A stretch of DNA of 64,000 nucleotides from a virus (taxonomy: Duplodnaviria; Caudoviricetes). Positions within the stretch are counted from its first letter, which is position 1, and the number at the start of each line of letters is the position of its first letter. This document shows, piece by piece, positions 58,140 to 64,000 of this stretch. The notes beneath the pieces are model-generated. The model had not been told where the DNA came from. It worked only from the letters and a program-made list of their open reading frames with translations, and did not search any database. Made by a program: the position numbers and the translations under genes. Where the stretch lies: the IMG/VR virus record IMGVR_UViG_3300042691_035162, positions 914-64,913 of that record; one strand, 5' to 3'.

Positions 58140-58647
58140 TGGCTAACTCGTCAAAAAGTTCAAGAACAAAGTCAAACGCCTTATTTGCTTCATCCCCAAG
58201 GTCGTCGGAAAGTTTACTCCGAACTCTGTTGATAAGTTCTGCCCTATCCTTAAATTCGTACATTCTGCCTTGGCTTGGGACAACCTTCTTTAACATTTGA
58301 CCCCCATACATATCCCCAAAATGCCGGACGTAAATATGGGCCATTAGTTTTTCTGCTGGGACGTTATTTAAGTAAGAAACGTAATTAGAAGTAGCTTTTC
58401 TAAATCCGGGCTTCTCTCCAAGTTCTGTCAAGTCTTCCTGCATCAAATCAGCCCGTCGAATGTCTTCAATGCCAAACAACAAACCGTATCTTTGAGCCAA
58501 CGACTCTAGCCTAGAGTAGGCCACTAATTGGTTGAAAAGAAAATCCGCATAAATATTTTTGGGCATTTCCCCAGAGAACAAAAGCTTAACAAAGCGGTGG
58601 TTTTCCGCCTTGTCGTGCTTTTCTGCTATTTTGTCCCTAAGTGCCAT
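58114..58647 (-). CDS. hemO: Heme oxygenase
   Basis: Start MALRDKIAEKHDKAE (proximal His); LMAHIYVRHFGDMYGGQML. Confidence 0.9.
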   Translation of the reverse strand: MALRDKIAEKHDKAENHRFVKLLFSGEMPKNIYADFLFNQLVAYSRLESLAQRYGLLFGIEDIRRADLMQEDLTELGEKPGFRKATSNYVSYLNNVPAEKLMAHIYVRHFGDMYGGQMLKKVVPSQGRMYEFKDRAELINRVRSKLSDDLGDEANKAFDFVLELFDELANAYDIPAT

Positions 58648-60439
58648 TTCTAATAGACAAAAGTTTCGAGTACTCTGGGAGATAAAGATACTCAATATTT
58701 GACTGTTGCAATGTCCAAAGAGCGTCTTCAAGAGTTTCTACTAAGGGCTCGCCGCCTAAGTTAAAACTTGTGTTAAACACAATTGGTACCCCGGTCTTTT
58801 CCTTGAACTTGCTTATAAACCGATAGTACAACGGGTTTTCATTCTCTGTAACTGTCTGGATTCGGCATGACCCGTCTACGTGAATGATCGAAGGGATCTT
58901 TTCCTCCACGCCCGGGCGGCAGCTTACCGCGTACATCATGTGCGGACTTGCTTCCATGCCTTTTAGATCGAACCACTCGTGGACATCTTCCTTAAGAATA
59001 GAACCGGCAAACGGTCGGAAATACTCTCGGCGCTTTACCGTATTAACGTAGTCTTTCCCGTCCTTAAATCTTGGGTCAAATAAAATGGATCGGTTTCCAA
59101 GAGCCCTCGGTCCGTTCTCAGAACGTCCTTGAAACATCGCCACAATGTTTTTAGACGTCAGCATATCGACGATTTTTTCATCATTAGCATCTTCGACAGA
59201 CGCTCCGTACTTGTCACAAAGATCTAGTATTTGCTGTTCTGTGTACTCATACTTGGGACCAAGGTAGATACTACTAGGCGCTTTTTTAGTCGACCCGGTT
59301 AGGTTGTGGTAAAACCACAAAGCAGCTCCTATAGCTGTCCCGCCGTCGTTTGATATTGGCTCAACATATAGTTTTATACCTAGTTCATTTAACTTGTCTA
59401 AGTAAAAGTAGTTTGCTACACAGTTAAGGCCATACCCCCCAGCTAAAACTACGTTTTTCTTACCGGAAAGTTCAGATGCACGAATTATTAGTTTTAAAAC
59501 TTGCTCTTGGGTTTGAGTTTGCAGGGCATACGCTAAATCCCGCCTGTTTTGTAGTTGTGTTAAATCCTTAACGCTAACAGTAGGATCATCCTTAAGCTCT
59601 GCAATAAGGTTTCTATTTACAAAGGCAGACCCAGGATACGTTGGTATTACTAGGTTTCGATCAACTAAATCAAATGGGAAGACGTCAGACACAGTATTGA
59701 ATAACGGTGGGATAGCAGCATTTGGTTTTCCGTAAGGAAAAAGTCCCATTGTTTTACCGGCTTCAATACCCTGAAACCCACAGTACTCTGTTACTGCTTC
59801 GTATAGTTTTACAATGCCAGCCCTGTCCGTTATGTAGGCCTCTACGTCCTTTTCCTCTAGAAATGCATCCTTAGGAATAGTTACTTTATCGCAAGGAACT
59901 ATATCCCTACTTCCATAATGCTTATGGAGGGTGGAAAAATTATTTGGATAACTACAGTCATAAATTGTTTCGACCTCCCACAACATGGCAGGCATATTTC
60001 CAAAACTAACTTGTTTACAAGATCCTGCCCCGTCCACCACGACTGCCACAGCCTCATCAAAACCGCTTCTGTAAAACGCCATAGAGGCATGGATTTTGTG
60101 ATGATGTTCTGCTAAATCAACTACTTGCGGATGGTTAAAGATGTCAGTTTTTCTATTGATCAGCCCAAGCTTACGAGCAAGCCCAACATAAACATTGTCG
60201 CCCGTGTAATCCACGTTTTGAGAAACTGCTTGCATGGTTTGGGTATGAGAAACAACAACATAATCTACCTTATCCGTGTAGTCCAATACCTTCATCATTG
60301 CAGCATATGGGCCGCCATCATATTTGTGACGGCTAAGCCTTTCTTCCTCAACAGAGAAAACAATTTCTCCATCTTTTAACAAACATGCCGCTGCATTATG
60401 GCCTCGGCTAATTCCAAGTATGTATCCAGTATTTGTCAT
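58637..60439 (-). CDS. Carbamoyltransferase (NodU/CmcH family)
   Basis: GHNAAA..EEERLSRHK, HHKIHA, VVDGAG, GGYGLNCVAN, GPRALGNRSIL, KRREYFRPFA, NTSFNLGGEP. Confidence 0.92.
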   Translation of the reverse strand: MTNTGYILGISRGHNAAACLLKDGEIVFSVEEERLSRHKYDGGPYAAMMKVLDYTDKVDYVVVSHTQTMQAVSQNVDYTGDNVYVGLARKLGLINRKTDIFNHPQVVDLAEHHHKIHASMAFYRSGFDEAVAVVVDGAGSCKQVSFGNMPAMLWEVETIYDCSYPNNFSTLHKHYGSRDIVPCDKVTIPKDAFLEEKDVEAYITDRAGIVKLYEAVTEYCGFQGIEAGKTMGLFPYGKPNAAIPPLFNTVSDVFPFDLVDRNLVIPTYPGSAFVNRNLIAELKDDPTVSVKDLTQLQNRRDLAYALQTQTQEQVLKLIIRASELSGKKNVVLAGGYGLNCVANYFYLDKLNELGIKLYVEPISNDGGTAIGAALWFYHNLTGSTKKAPSSIYLGPKYEYTEQQILDLCDKYGASVEDANDEKIVDMLTSKNIVAMFQGRSENGPRALGNRSILFDPRFKDGKDYVNTVKRREYFRPFAGSILKEDVHEWFDLKGMEASPHMMYAVSCRPGVEEKIPSIIHVDGSCRIQTVTENENPLYYRFISKFKEKTGVPIVFNTSFNLGGEPLVETLEDALWTLQQSNIEYLYLPEYSKLLSIRNGT

Positions 60440-61425
60440 GATTTTTGGGGCTCACAGCAGGACTCGTTGTAGGAAAGGGCTTTTTTAACTTGCTCTTGAA
60501 ATTTATTTTTACCAAGAGTTGTACGCACCTGTTTTAATATGTCCTTAAAAACCTCGTCTGGGAGAATCATTAAGTCTTCATTGGATCGTTCCATAAACAA
60601 ATCCTGCGAAATGCGCAGCGGGGAGTATGTTCTTTTCCCGAGTCCAATATCAAATATCTTAAAATTCGGATTTTGTGGGTAGCTAATGTTCTCTGGAAAC
60701 GTAGAACCAATAACCACTGTGGCAGGTTTATGCAAAGCATTAGCGTAATGCTGTCCCACGCTATCACATCCGATAAAGTAATCTGCCGCTTTAAAAATAC
60801 CCATCCACTGGAGCAAATTAACGTTCTCAGGAATTACCGCCGGCATCGGCTTATCCGTTGGGATTTTAAACCCAGACATTAGTACTATTGCGTAGTCTTT
60901 TCCAAGTTCTTCGACCAGCCGCATTAAATCCCTAACCTCAAAGCTTCTGCCGGAATCATCAGTAATAAAATTGCCGTCTAACTTAGCCGTGCTTCCAAAG
61001 GGCTGGAAAACTATTACTTTGTCTTTCTTTAGTTGAACTTTTACATTCATCAAAAAGTTATAGCCAAAAACTTGGTCTGCCTTTCCTATGGACAAATTAA
61101 AAGGCTTTGTTTCCGGTACTTCTTTAAGTCCATTAACAAGCATATCAAAGGCCTGTATTAAGTTACATTTTTGGTTGTAATACTCTTTAAGGCGATACGG
61201 CTCTGGACTAACTATTTCACGAGAAATAATCTTGTCTGAAAATAAGTTTCTGTGATGGGCCGGGTAAACCCTATCCCTCAGAATATCACTTGTTACAAAC
61301 AACTCGGACCATGATTCGGCCACAACAATAGAGTCATCTTTGTTGTTCAAAAAATAGTGCTCTAGTCCTGGGATAGAACACAAGACTCTTCCTACTCCGC
61401 CGTTTATAAAAAATGCTTTACTCAT
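60436..61425 (-). CDS. Glycosyltransferase (GT-B, GT9-like)
   Basis: GGVGRVLCS, VIVFQPFGS, ADYFIGCDSVGQH.A.AL.KP.TVV.GST. Confidence 0.75.
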   Translation of the reverse strand: MSKAFFINGGVGRVLCSIPGLEHYFLNNKDDSIVVAESWSELFVTSDILRDRVYPAHHRNLFSDKIISREIVSPEPYRLKEYYNQKCNLIQAFDMLVNGLKEVPETKPFNLSIGKADQVFGYNFLMNVKVQLKKDKVIVFQPFGSTAKLDGNFITDDSGRSFEVRDLMRLVEELGKDYAIVLMSGFKIPTDKPMPAVIPENVNLLQWMGIFKAADYFIGCDSVGQHYANALHKPATVVIGSTFPENISYPQNPNFKIFDIGLGKRTYSPLRISQDLFMERSNEDLMILPDEVFKDILKQVRTTLGKNKFQEQVKKALSYNESCCEPQKS

Positions 61426-61460
61426 ATTCCCTCTTCTTTCTGTGCTTTCTTTACTTTCTA

Positions 61461-61492
61461 TAAAAACGTAGGGCCGATATTGGCCCTACGTT
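61461..61492 (-). terminator. Rho-independent terminator
   Basis: AACGTAGGGCC-AATATC-GGCCCTACGTT-TTT on the minus strand, after the stop at 61511. Confidence 0.75.
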
Positions 61493-61510
61493 CTGTACTG
61501 TACCACAATT

Positions 61511-62560
61511 TTAACAATTCCAACTTACACAAATCATGCCCATACCTCCAGCATCACCATTACATGCGCCATAACCGCCGCAAATGTACTTTCCGTATCC
61601 TCCTACCGCTGGAATTTGTTGATATCCGGCAGAGGCTTGAAAACAACATCCCCCAAAATCATAATAAATTGTACTGGCACTGAGGCAACAGGTACAGTTT
61701 TCAAACCCGAACACAGGGGGAGAAATCTGATAGCTGGTATACAAACTTCCTGATCCAAGGAACATAGCGGGGTATATTCCAGGAAGTCCGTATATTTCCG
61801 TTACTCCACGGGTGTTACAGGAAGTACACCAAGTTGTATAACAATCAAAAATATGCGGGATGTTAATCCGATCGTTACCACTGTCCCAGCAAAAATTCCA
61901 TCCGCTACACGAACTTGGGTTACATCCCTGATCTGTTGGGGGGCCACATTGGCTCATTGAGTTACCCGCGATAGAATTGCACCAATACTGGTACTCAGGA
62001 TTTGCTCCTTTTGCCAACAACGCAAAATTTGTGGTTGTAACAGAGTACACGCAGGTACACATGGAGTTATACCCTGGAGTAGTTTGATCCGCATAACAGC
62101 AATAGGCACACCCGGAAATTAAGCAGAACTGCTCTCCAGGAGTGACGGTTACGTTAGCCATGACGTAAGACCCGGTCGGTCCCCAAGGAGATCCGCCGCA
62201 ACAACATTGTCCGCTATTGCCTCCCCCATGCCCCCAAAGTTGGAATTGAACTTGTGTAACTCCAGCAGGAACGGTGAAAAGGCAGCTATTCCCGCACCGG
62301 AAATATCCGGAGGTATCACAAACCTTAAATCCATTTGCCCTTGCTACGGTTAATGGGGTCAAGTATTTTTTCCAAGCAGAAACCATTGGAGGACACTGCG
62401 TGTTTATTGTCCTACCATAACAGTTGTACAGTGGGGCTAAGTTATTGTTTGAGTAATACGACACAGAGGTTGGAGCCCCTGGATTAGCGGAAACATATAT
62501 GTAGTCCTGTAAAAGCCTCTGATTCTCTTTTACAGCAGCGTAAAGTAATACGTCACTCAT
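61511..62560 (-). CDS. Cys-rich, glycine-rich-domain tail protein
   Basis: 31 Cys in 349 aa; FTVPAGVTQVQFQLWGHGGG...GMICVSW. Confidence 0.7.
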   Translation of the reverse strand: MSDVLLYAAVKENQRLLQDYIYVSANPGAPTSVSYYSNNNLAPLYNCYGRTINTQCPPMVSAWKKYLTPLTVARANGFKVCDTSGYFRCGNSCLFTVPAGVTQVQFQLWGHGGGNSGQCCCGGSPWGPTGSYVMANVTVTPGEQFCLISGCAYCCYADQTTPGYNSMCTCVYSVTTTNFALLAKGANPEYQYWCNSIAGNSMSQCGPPTDQGCNPSSCSGWNFCWDSGNDRINIPHIFDCYTTWCTSCNTRGVTEIYGLPGIYPAMFLGSGSLYTSYQISPPVFGFENCTCCLSASTIYYDFGGCCFQASAGYQQIPAVGGYGKYICGGYGACNGDAGGMGMICVSWNC

Positions 62561-62569
62561 AATCTTCCC

Positions 62570-63205
62570 CTATCGAACGGACGGGTTTGGCAGTTGATTA
62601 AACAACTTAACTAGTACAACAGGAATTTTTGGTATTTCGTTACTGTCAACTGTCACATATTTCCATGGGTATGCCGTCTTAATCGTTTCAATATACGCAT
62701 CAATGCTGTTTAAAAAAGAATCTATCTGGGTTTTATCAGCCGGCTCAAAATCATAAGTTTCTGCATACTTTTTAACATATGCCCTACGATAAGCCGCCTC
62801 TTCAAAGTTCAGGTTTTTTGAATCTTTTACAAACGACTTCAAAACAACTTTTTCTGCCAAAACAAAGGCCTGATAAAAATCCGATAGTTTTGGATTAGTT
62901 ATTTTTTTATAAATGGACCCGTCATGATTTAGTTCATCTTCAAACTCATACTCGTATTGAGCTAAGTTTTGAGTCAAAAGAATAACTGCAGCTATTTCCT
63001 CGTTTGACGCAGAAGATACGTTGATCTCTATTCTGTTACCGCCAACGGGTTCTTGTTCAGAGACACTTAGAACTTGTCCATCATCCGCATACGACAACCA
63101 AACTTTTTCGGGCCCGTCGTATGTAAAAGACTGCGTCTTTCCCTCTGAAAAATCGTCAATCCAGAGTTCGTTAGGGACGTTTAAATTAACTGTTTTCTTC
63201 ATCAT
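62570..63205 (-). CDS. Hypothetical protein (tail fibre assembly-like)
   Basis: Acidic 211 aa between the Cys-rich paralogues; C-terminal YPWKY...PKIP. Confidence 0.55.
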   Translation of the reverse strand: MMKKTVNLNVPNELWIDDFSEGKTQSFTYDGPEKVWLSYADDGQVLSVSEQEPVGGNRIEINVSSASNEEIAAVILLTQNLAQYEYEFEDELNHDGSIYKKITNPKLSDFYQAFVLAEKVVLKSFVKDSKNLNFEEAAYRRAYVKKYAETYDFEPADKTQIDSFLNSIDAYIETIKTAYPWKYVTVDSNEIPKIPVVLVKLFNQLPNPSVR

Positions 63206-63214
63206 ATTCTCCGT

Positions 63215-64000
63215 TTAACACCAACTTACACGAACCATTCCTGTCCGTCCCCAATCACCATACAAATCAGTACTTCCCCCCATGGCATGGGTGTATGACC
63301 CGCCCTGGCCCGGGTTACATAAGCAACCACAGCAAGCCGATCTTGGAAGCCCGCAACACGTGCTTGATGTATAACCAAATGTTGTAGGTGGTAAAACCGC
63401 CCCCGTCGGAAGCATTGTTGGACTATTGCAAGCACATCCGTAATGGTCTGTTGTAAAGCACATTGCCGAATAATTACTGGGGATATAGTACAAAGTCCCG
63501 CTCGGTGACGTACCCCGTCCGCATCTAGCTGTGTCCGAAACATAGGTTACCGGTCCACATGTCGCACAACTATTAGAAAAGCAATACCATACAGTAAACG
63601 ATCCGCCACAAATACAGGCCCCAGCCGTTGTGTTGCCAAATGCTTGATACCTGCAGCATACTGTTCCGTGCAGAAGTTCCATGTTCCGAGCAAGACTAGA
63701 ACATCCACCATCTGCGCAAAAGTTTGTTAACCCGTATCCGGTGACATAACTCATACAGCCACTTACATCCTGGCACTGAGTGCAATACAGACGTGTAGAA
63801 TTTGCTGCACCAGCACATAGGGTGTATTGGCATCCAGGAACTGCATCAATAATTATTGAGGCATAAGCACCCGATGCTCCAAACGGGGAACCCCCGCAGC
63901 ACAGGCCAGCGCCAGTTCCTGCCCCAGCTCCCCATAGTTGAAATCTAACCTTTGTTGTGCCTCCAGGAACGGTCCACAAACAGCAGTTTCCGTCCCTAAA
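63215..64000 (-). CDS. Cys-rich tail protein (partial; start beyond the right edge)
   Basis: Frame open to the window end (FRDGNCCLWTVPGG...); WTVPGGTTKVRFQLWGAG...GMVRVSWC; paralogue of 61511-62560. Confidence 0.7.
   Translation of the reverse strand, partial: FRDGNCCLWTVPGGTTKVRFQLWGAGAGTGAGLCCGGSPFGASGAYASIIIDAVPGCQYTLCAGAANSTRLYCTQCQDVSGCMSYVTGYGLTNFCADGGCSSLARNMELLHGTVCCRYQAFGNTTAGACICGGSFTVWYCFSNSCATCGPVTYVSDTARCGRGTSPSGTLYYIPSNYSAMCFTTDHYGCACNSPTMLPTGAVLPPTTFGYTSSTCCGLPRSACCGCLCNPGQGGSYTHAMGGSTDLYGDWGRTGMVRVSWC

Noticed and set aside
1-64000. Prophage/integrase, diversity-generating retroelement or alternative genetic code
   Set aside because: No integrase, reverse transcriptase or host genes were seen, and long genes are intact under the standard code.

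Overview
This window is most of a circularly permuted, podovirus-like dsDNA tailed phage genome (Caudoviricetes). I saw no integrase or rRNA, and the host cannot be determined from sequence. Almost all genes are on the minus strand. In order: tail fibre/tailspike and neck genes (1-7.1 kb); capsid, scaffold, GroES, portal, a large virion protein and TerL (7.2-18.7 kb); a putative genome-end/early region with TerS (18.7-23.6 kb); an accessory region (23.7-29.5 kb); replication genes (PolA, UvrD-like helicase, primase, SSB-like protein, SNF2 helicase, PD-(D/E)XK nuclease; 29.6-38.5 kb); internal virion/ejection proteins, tail and lysis genes (38.4-52.5 kb); and a tail/modification island (52.5-64 kb) with two 2OG-Fe(II) oxygenases, a collagen-like protein, heme oxygenase plus a PcyX-like bilin reductase, a carbamoyltransferase, a glycosyltransferase and Cys-rich fibres. 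The standout is at 25959-26730: a stand-alone RAMP/Cas7-like gene directly preceded by a non-coding array of 27 in-register pentamers (minus strand GGY-NN, constant triplet plus variable dinucleotide). There is no CRISPR array and no other cas gene, so this is a candidate non-CRISPR RNA-guided system. All product calls come from motif recognition by eye; no database searches were run.
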